A stretch of DNA of 64,000 nt. Source: a virus. Below, piece by piece: positions 32,596 through 42,111 of the stretch. The stretch covers positions 200,604 to 264,603 of IMG/VR virus record IMGVR_UViG_3300045988_173726. One strand, written 5' to 3'. The notes beneath the pieces were generated by a model. That model saw only the letters and a list, made by a program, of their open reading frames with translations. It did no database searches and was not told the origin of the DNA. A program made the position numbers and the translations under genes. Position 1 is the first letter of the stretch. Every line of letters starts with the position of its first letter.

Positions 32596-33263
32596 ATTTT
32601 GTTGGTTACGCAAGGAAGGAGTCCGAGACTAAGGCGCGGGTTTATTCCTGTAAAGAGGGGTGCATTTCAGACCTAAGCCTAGACAAGCTTTACGAGTATA
32701 CTAGGCTAAATCGCGTGCGGAATGCGAAGATGAGTGAGGGTGGCGTATTCGAGGTAAGCGGGTGCGAGGAGAAATACCCGAGTATCGACTACGACAGTGG
32801 GTATGTGTGGTACGGCGGGGTGGTAGTGGACGACAGTGTAGAGGATGGGGAGTCTGTCTATCATGTCGTGGACATAACAGGCGGGGAATCGGATATGCGA
32901 GCCTATGAGCTTCGGGATTTTACAAAGAGCGGTCTTTTAGGTAACGCAACGGTAGAGGGGGACACGGTAACGGTCGCCTCGTTTAATCCCGACAGAGTGC
33001 GCGAGGTATATGAGATGCGGGACAAGGTGTTAGATATATACTTGTCACGGCTTCGCGCGGTGAAAACATTCTTTGAGGCGTGTGATGCGCTTAAGACAGA
33101 GCAGTATGAGTTAGATGATGAAGAGATTGAGCGATATTCCGAGGAGTTAAAGCGGCGTGCAGAGTATTTTATAGACGAGAGTTTAGCTAGCTCTGTAGTG
33201 CGCCGAGGAATAGCCGCGTCTCAAGGAAAGAATTGGCTTAGACAGGAGGAAAGCGATGCATGA
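32589..33263 (+). CDS. Hypothetical protein (N-module similar to LRR-family N-termini)
   Basis: 'LYFVGYARKESETKARVYSCKEGCISDLSLDKLYEYTRLNRVRN' followed by an acidic helical C terminus. Confidence 0.5.
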   Translation: MLYFVGYARKESETKARVYSCKEGCISDLSLDKLYEYTRLNRVRNAKMSEGGVFEVSGCEEKYPSIDYDSGYVWYGGVVVDDSVEDGESVYHVVDITGGESDMRAYELRDFTKSGLLGNATVEGDTVTVASFNPDRVREVYEMRDKVLDIYLSRLRAVKTFFEACDALKTEQYELDDEEIERYSEELKRRAEYFIDESLASSVVRRGIAASQGKNWLRQEESDA

Positions 33264-34330
33264 GGGTAGTTAGGCACATAGCGGTAGCCTCGACTGTAGT
33301 AGCGTTTGTGGCGTTTAGTGGCGTGACAGCGTATGCGGCGGGGAATATCGCAGAGAACAGTACGATAGACTTTAACGAGGCTTCAAAGTACGGAGAGAAG
33401 GCAACGCCTGTGATTACGGACGGGAAGCTGGTGGTAAAGTCATCGCCCGATAGTAATGCGGGGGCGGTAGGAACGATGGCGGTCGGTTCGGCGGTAGATG
33501 TAATGCGGTCGGATGACAGCGGGGACGGGTGGATAAAGATAAGCTCGAACGGCATTGAGGGGTGGGTAAAAGCCTCGGATGTAGTGACGGGCTACAACAT
33601 GGAGGCGTATGTCATAGACAACAGCGCGGTTTATCCGAGGGAAGCAACGATAATTGCGGATGGCGGGGCGACTCTAACGAAAGACGGGGGAGACAGTGCG
33701 TTAGCGGTCTTAAAAGAGAATGACACGGTAAAGATAGTTCGGGAGTCAGAGGATTATCTATATGTAAAGGCAGATAGGGGGCTAACGGGGTATATCGAGA
33801 AGAGTAAGGCGCGGGTAGACGAGCCAGAGTTTAAGGGAGCGGACAAGATAGAAGTTCCAAAGCCCGTAGTCCCGCAAGTCTCGAATCCGAATTACAGCGA
33901 GTATTATACTTTGCCAGACGACCCCGACACATGTAACGGGTATACGCCGAATAGCGAGACAGAGCTTCGGAAGGAGATATCGAATTACGGATTGCAGTGG
34001 CTAGGTCGTCCGTATGTGTTTGGTGGGACAAGTTTCGACACAGGAATCGACTGTTCAGCGTTTACGCAGAACATCTATCGGCAGTTTGGGATAAGTTTGC
34101 CGAGGACAGCGGCAGAGCAGGCTATGGTAGGCAGGGAGATAACGCAGAGCGAGCTAAGACCTGGAGATTTGCTGTTTTATTGGGACAGTGGACGAGGCTG
34201 TGTCGGACATGTAACGATGTATATTGGCAACAACAAGGTAGTTCATGCGTCAAATCCGAGGAACGGAGTTATCGTATCGAATGCGTTTTACAGAGCGCCT
34301 ACAACGATACGGCGGTATATCGAGGATTAA
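33260..34330 (+). CDS. Secreted SH3b + NlpC/P60 (C40) peptidoglycan hydrolase
   Basis: Signal peptide 'VASTVVAFVAFSGVTAYA'. SH3b-like 'VVKSSPDSNAGAVGTMAVGSAVDVMRSDDSGDGWIKISSNGIEGWV'. NlpC/P60 'GRPYVFGGTSFDTGIDCSAFTQNIY...GDLLFY...GHVTMYIG'. Confidence 0.85.
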   Translation: MRVVRHIAVASTVVAFVAFSGVTAYAAGNIAENSTIDFNEASKYGEKATPVITDGKLVVKSSPDSNAGAVGTMAVGSAVDVMRSDDSGDGWIKISSNGIEGWVKASDVVTGYNMEAYVIDNSAVYPREATIIADGGATLTKDGGDSALAVLKENDTVKIVRESEDYLYVKADRGLTGYIEKSKARVDEPEFKGADKIEVPKPVVPQVSNPNYSEYYTLPDDPDTCNGYTPNSETELRKEISNYGLQWLGRPYVFGGTSFDTGIDCSAFTQNIYRQFGISLPRTAAEQAMVGREITQSELRPGDLLFYWDSGRGCVGHVTMYIGNNKVVHASNPRNGVIVSNAFYRAPTTIRRYIED

Positions 34331-34341
34331 GAGAGAGAGGG

Positions 34342-34372
34342 GAGCGTCCTAGCGGGCGCTCTTTTTTGTTTT
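34342..34372 (+). terminator. Rho-independent terminator
   Basis: Stem gagcgtcc/gggcgctc with loop tagc, followed by ttttttgtttt. Confidence 0.75.
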
Positions 34373-34517
34373 AGGGGAAGCCGAGAGGGGCAGGGGAGGA
34401 CAAGGGGGGTTTTAGGGACGCGGGCGGTAGGGTAGAAGTTTAAGGGTGGGGTGCTTGGACGATAAGAGACGGGTTTTAGGGGCGACAGGGTTTATCTGGC
34501 TAGGGGGGTAGCCTAGG

Positions 34518-34556
34518 ATTTCGATTCTGGCGTGTTTTCGCCCGAGAGTTTCTTAG
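34518..34556 (+). repeat. Intergenic repeat module, copy B (short)
   Basis: 'atttcgattctggcgtgttttcgcccgagagtttcttag' aligns with copies A and C. Confidence 0.65.
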
Positions 34557-34767
34557 TATGCTTTGCTGTCTAGGGTCTTTAAGCTATCGGTGTAGGGGTG
34601 GGAGGGTAGTGCGAGAGATTCCTAGGTAATGTTAAGGCGAAAACGGGTAAGAGAACCTTTGTTCTATTCTGTACGGGGCGAGGGGGGTTTGTGGAAAAGT
34701 GGATAAGATTGTTAGTAAGATTGGGAGCTGTTCTGGTTTATGGGGTAGCAAGGGGGCGGCTACTCGC

Positions 34768-34848
34768 ATTTCGATTCTGGCGCGTTTCTGCCCGATAGTT
34801 CTTTAGGAATTTAGGCGGGAAAGGTATTTAGGCTATAAGTGTAGCCTA
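34768..34848 (+). repeat. Intergenic repeat module, copy C
   Basis: 'atttcgattctggcgcgtttctgcccgatagttctttaggaatttaggcgggaaaggtatttaggctataagtgtagccta'. The 3' part recurs at 61723-61763. Confidence 0.7.
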
Positions 34849-34928
34849 AAACGTTTCCGTGCGTTCTAGGGGGCTTCTCGTGGCTCGTAGAGGGTCATAG
34901 GACGAGGCATGAGTTTATTAGATTTCAG

Positions 34929-34957
34929 TTGTTTTAGGGAGGCATTTGTGGTAAAAT
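34929..34957 (+). promoter_or_regulatory. Promoter (extended -10) for methyltransferases 2 and 3
   Basis: TTGTTT, 17-nt spacer ending in TGg, then TAAAAT. The leader 'taaaataacttaaatagatagctag' parallels that of 13529-13556. Confidence 0.5.
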
Positions 34958-34990
34958 AACTTAAATAGATAGCTAGACAGGAGGCTTGGG

Positions 34991-35998
34991 ATGGGACGAA
35001 ACAGCGAGCTAAATCGGGCGCGAGTTGGTAAAAATGACGAGTTTTATACAGATATGTCGGATGTTTCAAAGGAGATGGTGTGTCATAGGGAACAGTTTAG
35101 GGGAAAGACTGTGTTTCTTAACTGTGATGACCCAGTTACAAGCGCCTTTTGGGAGTATTTTCACTTAAATTTCGGGTTTCTCGGGCTTAGGCGGCTCATT
35201 GCTACGCATTACGACAAGGATAAGCCGACATATAAGCTTGAGTATTGCGGTGGGGACGATAACGAGGTTCTTGTAGGGTATAAGACAGCTCTTATCGGGA
35301 ACGGAGATTTTAGGAACGAAGAGTGCCTTGCACTCTTAAAAGAGAGCGACATAGTAGTTACAAACCCGCCGTTTTCTCTGTTTCGGGAGTTTATCGGGAC
35401 GCTTATAGCATATGAGAAAAAGTTTATTATCCTCGGGAATATGAACGCAGTAACAGCGAAAGAGGTATTCGATTTATTCCGCGAGAATAAGGTCTGGTAC
35501 GGTGATTCGATTCATTCTGGGGATAGACGATTTTATGTGCCAGAGAGCTATCCGCTTAACGCGGCTGGGTGCGGAGTCGATGCGGACGGTAGGCGGTTTA
35601 TACGGGTCAAGGGAGTTCGCTGGTTTACGAATCTTCCTGTCAAATGTAGGTCTGAAAAGATTATTCTGTATAAGCAATACAGTGAAGCAGAATATCCGAA
35701 GTTTAATAAGTTTGATGTGATAAATGTGGACAAGACAGCGGAGATACCTGTGGATTATTCTGGCGTTATGGCAGTTCCGATTTCATTTCTCGATAAATAT
35801 AATCCAGAGCAGTTTGAGATAGTTACACTAAGAAAGTTATCGGACGGGAGTGTGAGAGCGTTTAGCGGGAACGAGGGAAGTGAGTTTCCCGTTGCTACGA
35901 GGATAGCGGGGATGTTAAGGGGAAATGAAGGAGAGGTTGGAGATAGAACAACTTATGCGAGGATAACGATACGGGGGAAAGTCGGTGGCAGAGAATGA
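34991..35998 (+). CDS. N6-adenine-type DNA methyltransferase (NPPF motif), paralog 2
   Basis: 'KNDEFYTDMSDVS' and 'DIVVTNPPFSLFREFIGTL'. The N-terminal ~170 aa closely parallel paralog 1. The middle region differs, which suggests a different target-recognition domain. Confidence 0.75.
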   Translation: MGRNSELNRARVGKNDEFYTDMSDVSKEMVCHREQFRGKTVFLNCDDPVTSAFWEYFHLNFGFLGLRRLIATHYDKDKPTYKLEYCGGDDNEVLVGYKTALIGNGDFRNEECLALLKESDIVVTNPPFSLFREFIGTLIAYEKKFIILGNMNAVTAKEVFDLFRENKVWYGDSIHSGDRRFYVPESYPLNAAGCGVDADGRRFIRVKGVRWFTNLPVKCRSEKIILYKQYSEAEYPKFNKFDVINVDKTAEIPVDYSGVMAVPISFLDKYNPEQFEIVTLRKLSDGSVRAFSGNEGSEFPVATRIAGMLRGNEGEVGDRTTYARITIRGKVGGRE

Positions 35999-36860
35999 AA
36001 AGATAAATGAGCGGCTTAAGCGTGCAAAGGATAGGCAGGACGATGAGTTTTATACGCAGTATTCGGACATAGAGCGGGAGCTAAGATATTACGAGTCTAA
36101 GTTTGTCGGAAAGCGGATTTATTGTAACTGTGATAATCCGCTTGAGAGCGCATTCTTTCGATATTTTCACTTAAATTTTAATAGGCTCGGGCTTCGGAGT
36201 TTAACAGCAACACATCTTTCAGAGAATAGAGCCTTTTGTGCCAGATATACAGGGGAATGCGATAAGGATGTGCGAGTTTATTTATCAGAGCCGCTTAAGG
36301 GGGACGGTGACTTTAGAAGTGATGAGTGCAGGGAGCTATTAAAGAGTTCCGATATAGTTTGTACGAATCCACCGTTTTCTTTGGCAAGAGAATTTATTGA
36401 GACACTGGTAACAGAGGACAAGTTATTTTTAATTGTCGGAGCGTTGCCTTGGCTCGGGTACGGTACGGTGTTTCCGCTTATTCGGGATAATAAGATTTGG
36501 GTCGGGATTAACGACATAACCGAGTTTATCCGTCCCGATGGGACTTTTCGGCATATCGGTTTCGGGCTTTGGCTCACGAATCTTGATAACGAGCGGCGGC
36601 ATAAACGAATAGAGTTAAAGGCGCAGTTTTCTAGTGAAGCGTATACGAAATATGATAATTTTGACGCTATAAATGTGGATAAGGTAGCGGATATACCAAA
36701 AGATTATTTCGGAGTAATGGGGCTTCCTCTGCCGTTTCTGAAACAATATAATCCCGAGCAGTTTGAGATAGTGGGGTTTCGGAAAGGGAATGACGGGAAA
36801 GATTTGAGAGTAGGGGAGCAAGAGCTTTTTAGCCGAGTGTTAATTCGGAGAAAGGAGTAA
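35985..36860 (+). CDS. N6-adenine-type DNA methyltransferase (NPPF motif), paralog 3
   Basis: 'QDDEFYTQYSDIE' and 'DIVCTNPPFSLAREFIETL'. Overlaps the upstream gene by 14 nt. Confidence 0.75.
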   Translation: MAENEKINERLKRAKDRQDDEFYTQYSDIERELRYYESKFVGKRIYCNCDNPLESAFFRYFHLNFNRLGLRSLTATHLSENRAFCARYTGECDKDVRVYLSEPLKGDGDFRSDECRELLKSSDIVCTNPPFSLAREFIETLVTEDKLFLIVGALPWLGYGTVFPLIRDNKIWVGINDITEFIRPDGTFRHIGFGLWLTNLDNERRHKRIELKAQFSSEAYTKYDNFDAINVDKVADIPKDYFGVMGLPLPFLKQYNPEQFEIVGFRKGNDGKDLRVGEQELFSRVLIRRKE

Positions 36861-36864
36861 AGGT

Positions 36865-37074
36865 ATGAGTGTAGATAAGTCGAATGAGGTAGCCGAAGAG
36901 GAGTTCTGGGGCAAGAAGAGTGCTAGGGAGTATGCGCTGTATGCTTTGTGTGACTACTTGTTAAACTTTCAGTTTCCAGTGTCCGTTGAAATGGGGTCGC
37001 ACTTTGCAGAGGATAGTATACGGCGGAACGATAGGTTCAGTGTAGATATTGTCTATTACGTCTATTACGGTTGA
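36865..37074 (+). CDS. Small hypothetical protein ending at an in-frame TGA followed by 66 further open codons
   Basis: The ORF ends '...VDIVYYVYYG*'. The same frame stays open from 37075 to TGA 37273-37275, which overlaps the next ATG. Confidence 0.4.
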   Translation: MSVDKSNEVAEEEFWGKKSAREYALYALCDYLLNFQFPVSVEMGSHFAEDSIRRNDRFSVDIVYYVYYG

Positions 37075-37271
37075 ATAGGCAGAGATAGTTTAGAGATACT
37101 TGATGCGCTTGGTATTTTCAGAGCAAAGGACGGTAATCCAAGAGTTTACGGTGATTGTGGCGTTTATGTTTATGCTCATGGTGTTTATAGGCTGTCTGTA
37201 GACGCAGAAGTATACATGGAAATGAACAATATTTGGAGAGAGGTTTTTCTTATGCAGAGAGGAAATGAGTT

Positions 37272-38432
37272 ATGAAGATTTCAGAGCGTAAATTAAAGGT
37301 TTCGGAGCTTGTGGCGGGCTATACCGATGACGGCGAGGACGGTGTTTTCGGATTTGGTGGGAAGCTTTCGATTCGTCCCGCATATCAGAGAGAGTTCGTT
37401 TATAAGGATGCACAGAGGAATGCGGTGATTGATTCGGTGCTTTGCGGGTATCCTCTGAATGTGATGTATTGGTCGAAGGTCGGGGATGACAAGTATGAGG
37501 TGCTTGACGGACAGCAGAGAACGATTTCGATTTGTCAGTTTATTAACAGCGGTTTCTCTATGAAGATAGACGGAAACGCGAAGTTTTATCATAATTTAAC
37601 CGAGGATGAGAAGCAGATAATCCTAAACTACGAGTTATCGGTTTATGTGTGTGAGGGTAACGAGTCAGAAAAGCTTGCTTGGTTTAAGAGGATAAACATA
37701 CCTGGGGCTGTTCTCACAGAGCAAGAACTTCTTAACGCGACATATACAGGAACTTGGCTTTCGGATGCGAAGAACTACTTTTCTCGGCGTAATTGCGTAG
37801 CTGGAAAGGTAGGAGAAGGGTTTATCAAGGGAAATCCGATACGGCAGGATTATCTTGAGAAAGCGTTAGCTTGGATAGCACTTCGAGACGGGTTAGCGAG
37901 TGGAGAGCAGTATATGGCGTTGCATCAGCATGACGCGGACGCAAGTGACATATGGCTTTATTTCCAAGAGGTGATTGCGTGGGCGAAGCGGTATTTTCCA
38001 GATATGGATAAGAAGCTCACGGAGGCACAGGATTGGGGCGCACTGTATACTAAGCATAAGACATGGAAGTATAATCCCAGTGAGCTAAAGAAAGAGGTTT
38101 CAAAGCTTTTGGAGGACGATGATGTAACGAAGCAGACAGGAATCATTCCGTATGTCTTATCGGAGAAAACGAGGCATGATGAGAGATACTTGTCGATTCG
38201 GGCATTTTCCGACCAGATGAAGCGAAGAGTTTATCAGCGTCAGACAGAGGAAGCCGAGAAGAAGCACTTGTCAAACTGCCCGTATTGTGCGCAGGAGGGT
38301 CTTACTAAGATTTACGAGTATAGCGAGATGCAGGGCGACCATATAGTAGCGTGGCGAAACGGTGGAAAGACGGTAGAGAGTAACTTGCAGATGCTCTGTG
38401 CGGCTTGTAATAACGCAAAGAGCGGGAAGTAA
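37272..38432 (+). CDS. DUF262 (ParB/GmrSD N-terminal-like, DGQQR motif) + HNH nuclease
   Basis: 'YEVLDGQQRTISICQF' is the DUF262 signature. C-terminal HNH 'CPYCAQ...GDHIVAWRNGGKTVESNLQMLCAACNNAKSGK'. Confidence 0.8.
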   Translation: MKISERKLKVSELVAGYTDDGEDGVFGFGGKLSIRPAYQREFVYKDAQRNAVIDSVLCGYPLNVMYWSKVGDDKYEVLDGQQRTISICQFINSGFSMKIDGNAKFYHNLTEDEKQIILNYELSVYVCEGNESEKLAWFKRINIPGAVLTEQELLNATYTGTWLSDAKNYFSRRNCVAGKVGEGFIKGNPIRQDYLEKALAWIALRDGLASGEQYMALHQHDADASDIWLYFQEVIAWAKRYFPDMDKKLTEAQDWGALYTKHKTWKYNPSELKKEVSKLLEDDDVTKQTGIIPYVLSEKTRHDERYLSIRAFSDQMKRRVYQRQTEEAEKKHLSNCPYCAQEGLTKIYEYSEMQGDHIVAWRNGGKTVESNLQMLCAACNNAKSGK

Positions 38433-38445
38433 GAGGGATATAGAC

Positions 38446-38622
38446 ATGGCGAGAGAGAAAAGAGACGGAGAGTTTAGGAGTTTGAATGTGCGGTTACCAG
38501 AGGAAGTTCTAGATAAACTTGACGAGTACGCAAAGGAGTCGCGGATTCCGAAGAACGCGATAACGGAGCTTGCTTTGAGTGAGTATCTGGACGCGCGGCT
38601 TAAGAGGAGCAAAGGGAAGTAA
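38446..38622 (+). CDS. Ribbon-helix-helix (CopG-like) protein
   Basis: 'FRSLNVRLPEEVLDKLDEYAKESRIPKNAITELALSEYL'. ATG sits behind 'aagaggga'; the track start is 38398. Confidence 0.6.
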   Translation: MAREKRDGEFRSLNVRLPEEVLDKLDEYAKESRIPKNAITELALSEYLDARLKRSKGK

Positions 38623-38722
38623 GAGGACAAAAAGAGGAGGAGAGCCGTTTTTAGGGGGATGAATAGCCTAGCGGCTCTTCCTTTGGCTTACAGGGCTTTT
38701 GGTAGGTAAGGGGGATAGGGAG

Positions 38723-40399
38723 ATGAGAGATAAGTTTCTTGTGTGTTCATATGTTGAGGGTAGTGGATTTTTGGTTGTGTCAGAAATGTCCGCAGAGGGA
38801 GCGGTTAAGACACAGGAAGAGATAGAGCGGGAGATGGCAGGGGATGATAGCGCCGAGTATCTGTTTGTGCGGGATAAGGCAGGAGAGCTTGACTTTAGTA
38901 TTGAGGCAAACGGCTTGTCTGTATATCGCGAGGGGGAAGATGGGAAGCTTACACTTGTGTCCGAGGGAAGGAATCGCATTATAGGCGTGATTGACGAGGT
39001 AATTGGAAGTAAACTTCTGTATAAGGTGATTGACGCATATGGGAAAGCATCTGTAAAAGAGCTGTCGTTTGACGAAATCGCACGGGATAACTACTTAATC
39101 ATGCCATTTATCGGTGACAGCGGAAAATACCGCTCATTTTTAGATAAGATAGAAGAGAGAAGGAGAGTAATTTCAGAAAATCCGAAGTATTTCGAGGAAG
39201 AGGCTCGTAGTCGGCTCGTAGGGCAGGATTGCGCAGTCTATACAGAGGAGCGGCAGGGTGCAGAGTTTGTGACTGTGGTTCGTTCGTTTAATCCCTGTGG
39301 TAGCGGGGTTTGTAAACTTTCAAATCGTGTGAATCATGTTTTTATAGAATTAGGTTCTTTTATTTCAGCGGGTATTCGGGTGCTGGATTTAAGTGAGTGT
39401 TCTTGTCTAACGAGATTTATTCTAACAAAGGTTAGTGTTGTTATAAGCGAATCTCCGATAACGATAATCTTTAATGAGGGGTATCATGCAGGCTTAGACG
39501 CACGCATACATGTGGAAGGGGCGAATATTAGGTTTATCGGGCTGTCCTCGGTAAAGGAGCTGAATATTGAGAATAGCCATATAGAGGGGATTTCTGCTTT
39601 GAGGGTAACAACTGGCTCACGAGTTCATGGTGAGGTGCGGATTAAGAATAGCACAGGGTTTAATCAGCTCAAGATTGATTTAAGCGAGAATGAGGGTAAA
39701 GAGGCTCTGGCGTATATTTGTGGGGTAGACGCGAATGAGATAGAGATTATCGGGAGTGGACAGGGAATCGGGGAAACGCACTGTGTTACTGGGTTAAAGG
39801 TTGCAAAGTGTAAGGAATTGACGCGCCTTAAAGTGAGTGGAGTTGGAGTTTGCTCATTGCAGGAAATCACAAGGTCGTTTTGTGACCTTCCAAAACTTGT
39901 TAGCTTTTCTCTTTACGCACATAAGCTAAATTTTACAGTCTCACAGTATGCGAGGCAGGAGGTGTTTAATTTGACTCTTGGCTCAACTGCGCTTCGTGAG
40001 CTTATTTTGTCAGCAGAGTATACGACTCGCGGGGCTAAGTGGCTAAAGGTCGGGTATGACAGGCGGGTAGCCTTAAGCCTTCCAGATTCGCTTCGGGAGT
40101 TTGTAGTTCCGATGGATTTAACAGACGAGTGCCTTAATTTACTGGCGCTTACGAGTTCATATAAAGGTCTTTTTATGGACGGTGATAAGCTTACGCTTGA
40201 CTTAGGGGATGTAGATAATCCAGATGTTTACCCGATACTTGTGAGTTCTGGTGGCAAGGCTAATTTTAGAGTTCCGTCATGTGTAGATAAGATTGTTGAC
40301 ACGAGCGTATATTCTTGTGACTTAAAGTTTAGGCTGTTTTTACATAGTAGGACAGAGGTAGCGGATTCTGTGGTTGAAGAGGTAGTGAGATGCGACTAG
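38723..40399 (+). CDS. Cys-linker + LRR-like family paralog 1
   Basis: 'ARSRLVGQDCAV...FNPCGSGVCKL...GIRVLDLSECSCL', then repeated L/I/V-x-L units. ATG sits behind 'aaggggga'; the track start is 38699. Confidence 0.65.
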   Translation: MRDKFLVCSYVEGSGFLVVSEMSAEGAVKTQEEIEREMAGDDSAEYLFVRDKAGELDFSIEANGLSVYREGEDGKLTLVSEGRNRIIGVIDEVIGSKLLYKVIDAYGKASVKELSFDEIARDNYLIMPFIGDSGKYRSFLDKIEERRRVISENPKYFEEEARSRLVGQDCAVYTEERQGAEFVTVVRSFNPCGSGVCKLSNRVNHVFIELGSFISAGIRVLDLSECSCLTRFILTKVSVVISESPITIIFNEGYHAGLDARIHVEGANIRFIGLSSVKELNIENSHIEGISALRVTTGSRVHGEVRIKNSTGFNQLKIDLSENEGKEALAYICGVDANEIEIIGSGQGIGETHCVTGLKVAKCKELTRLKVSGVGVCSLQEITRSFCDLPKLVSFSLYAHKLNFTVSQYARQEVFNLTLGSTALRELILSAEYTTRGAKWLKVGYDRRVALSLPDSLREFVVPMDLTDECLNLLALTSSYKGLFMDGDKLTLDLGDVDNPDVYPILVSSGGKANFRVPSCVDKIVDTSVYSCDLKFRLFLHSRTEVADSVVEEVVRCD

Positions 40400-42111
40400 A
40401 GGGAGAACTGTTCGAGGTTAAGCGCGGGATGTTCTACGCCTGTTTAGCCTGTGTAGAGGGTTATAAGGGGTCTGACGGGTTTATAGTAGTGCCGATGGTT
40501 CGGAGTAATTTACGGGAAGAGGGGTTTTCAGCCAACAGCGGGTGGGTTATTGAGAAAGGGCTTTTTAATTCAGTAGACCCGAATTTTTTAATCTTTGGCA
40601 AAACACACCAGCTTCCAGTTTATCGTGTAAGGAGTGACAGAAAGCTCTCTCTAAAGTCTAGGGGAATGGATAGGATTTTCACGGTAGGTAATAGCTTGGG
40701 GTCTCTTTGTATTACGGAGATAAATTCTGTGGGAGAGCTTTTGGTAGAGAAAGTGAATATTCCAAAGATTTTAGAAAAGCAGGCTAGTTCGGTGTTTATA
40801 AATGTTATAAGTGGCGAAGATGTGGCTTCTGTTAAGTTTAGGGACGCGTTGATGAATAAGCTAGGGGAGTTGAGGGGTAAATTCTCTGGAGATGATTTAG
40901 GGTTATCAATAGTACAAAATGCTCTAACAAACGCGGATTGCAGTATGTTAGAGCCAATGGGTCTTAATACTTGCCTAGTTGGTTTTTATGAATGTAAAAC
41001 AGGGGTCTGCCAAGTCCTTGATAGGGTAGATTATGTTAGAATTAGCATATATTCTATGATTAAGGCAGGGGTTAGGGTTCTTGACTTATCAAGATGCACG
41101 CGGTTAAAGGAGTTTACACTGACAGGTGGGGGAAGTGGTGGCATCATTACGATTATCTTTAATGACGCATTAAGTTATAGGATGGACAGTAAGATACAGA
41201 TTTCTTCTGCGGGGGTTCGGTTTATCGGGTTAAAGCATATTGGTATTCTGGAGGCTGACGATTGCCGTATAGAGGGTATTTCAGAAATCACCTTTGCTTC
41301 TCCTAGAGATACGATAAAGTCCTGTTGTGTTAATCTTCATAAGTGTGATGGATTTGATTCATTGAAGATTAACGTAGGAAATACAGCGTTTAACTTGGAA
41401 TCTTCCATTTCAATTTCTGATATAGACGCAAAAGAGATTTCAATTAAGATGCACGAGAAAAAGGTAGAAGCCGAGGATTTTGAGATAGCGCGTTGTGCTG
41501 AATTAGAGAGTCTTACAATAGACGGAGCAGGGGAGTGGTATTTTTCAGATTTAGTACAAAAGATTAGGCTGTTACCTAAGCTAAGGAGGGCAAGATTTAA
41601 TTTCGATTCCTTTAATATAAACCTGATTAATAACGAGAGAGGTGCAATTTCTAACCTAAGCCTAGGCTCTACAGTATTAGAGAGTCTTAAAATTTGCGCA
41701 GATTATTCAATGGACGAATACAGTATGAGTCCAGAGATATGGTGCGATAGTAGAGTGGAATTAGATTTGCCGAGTGAGTTAATGGAGCTGATAACTATAA
41801 AAAGGCTCACAGATATGGGTAGATTTCTACTCGCGTTTACTTGCGGTACGGTAGCACTTAAAAGAAATGGTAGAGAGGTTAGCTTAAACTTAGAGGAGCT
41901 TAGGGATTGGGATGGCTTTGATGATAACGGATGGTCTATGGTTACAAGAAACCTTTCACTGTATCCAAAGTGTGCGCAAGTAAACGGAGAGCCAGCTATC
42001 CGTATTCCAAAGAGCATAGTGAGTTCCGTGGATAGTAATTCTGTGAATGGTTGGAAGTCTGGGACAGGCTATCGAGTTTATTTAGGAGATGAGAGAATTG
42101 ATAAGGAATGA
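40390..42111 (+). CDS. Cys-linker + LRR-like family paralog 2
   Basis: 'QNALTNADCSM...ECKTGVCQV...GVRVLDLSRCTRL'. Confidence 0.65.
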   Translation: MRLEGELFEVKRGMFYACLACVEGYKGSDGFIVVPMVRSNLREEGFSANSGWVIEKGLFNSVDPNFLIFGKTHQLPVYRVRSDRKLSLKSRGMDRIFTVGNSLGSLCITEINSVGELLVEKVNIPKILEKQASSVFINVISGEDVASVKFRDALMNKLGELRGKFSGDDLGLSIVQNALTNADCSMLEPMGLNTCLVGFYECKTGVCQVLDRVDYVRISIYSMIKAGVRVLDLSRCTRLKEFTLTGGGSGGIITIIFNDALSYRMDSKIQISSAGVRFIGLKHIGILEADDCRIEGISEITFASPRDTIKSCCVNLHKCDGFDSLKINVGNTAFNLESSISISDIDAKEISIKMHEKKVEAEDFEIARCAELESLTIDGAGEWYFSDLVQKIRLLPKLRRARFNFDSFNINLINNERGAISNLSLGSTVLESLKICADYSMDEYSMSPEIWCDSRVELDLPSELMELITIKRLTDMGRFLLAFTCGTVALKRNGREVSLNLEELRDWDGFDDNGWSMVTRNLSLYPKCAQVNGEPAIRIPKSIVSSVDSNSVNGWKSGTGYRVYLGDERIDKE

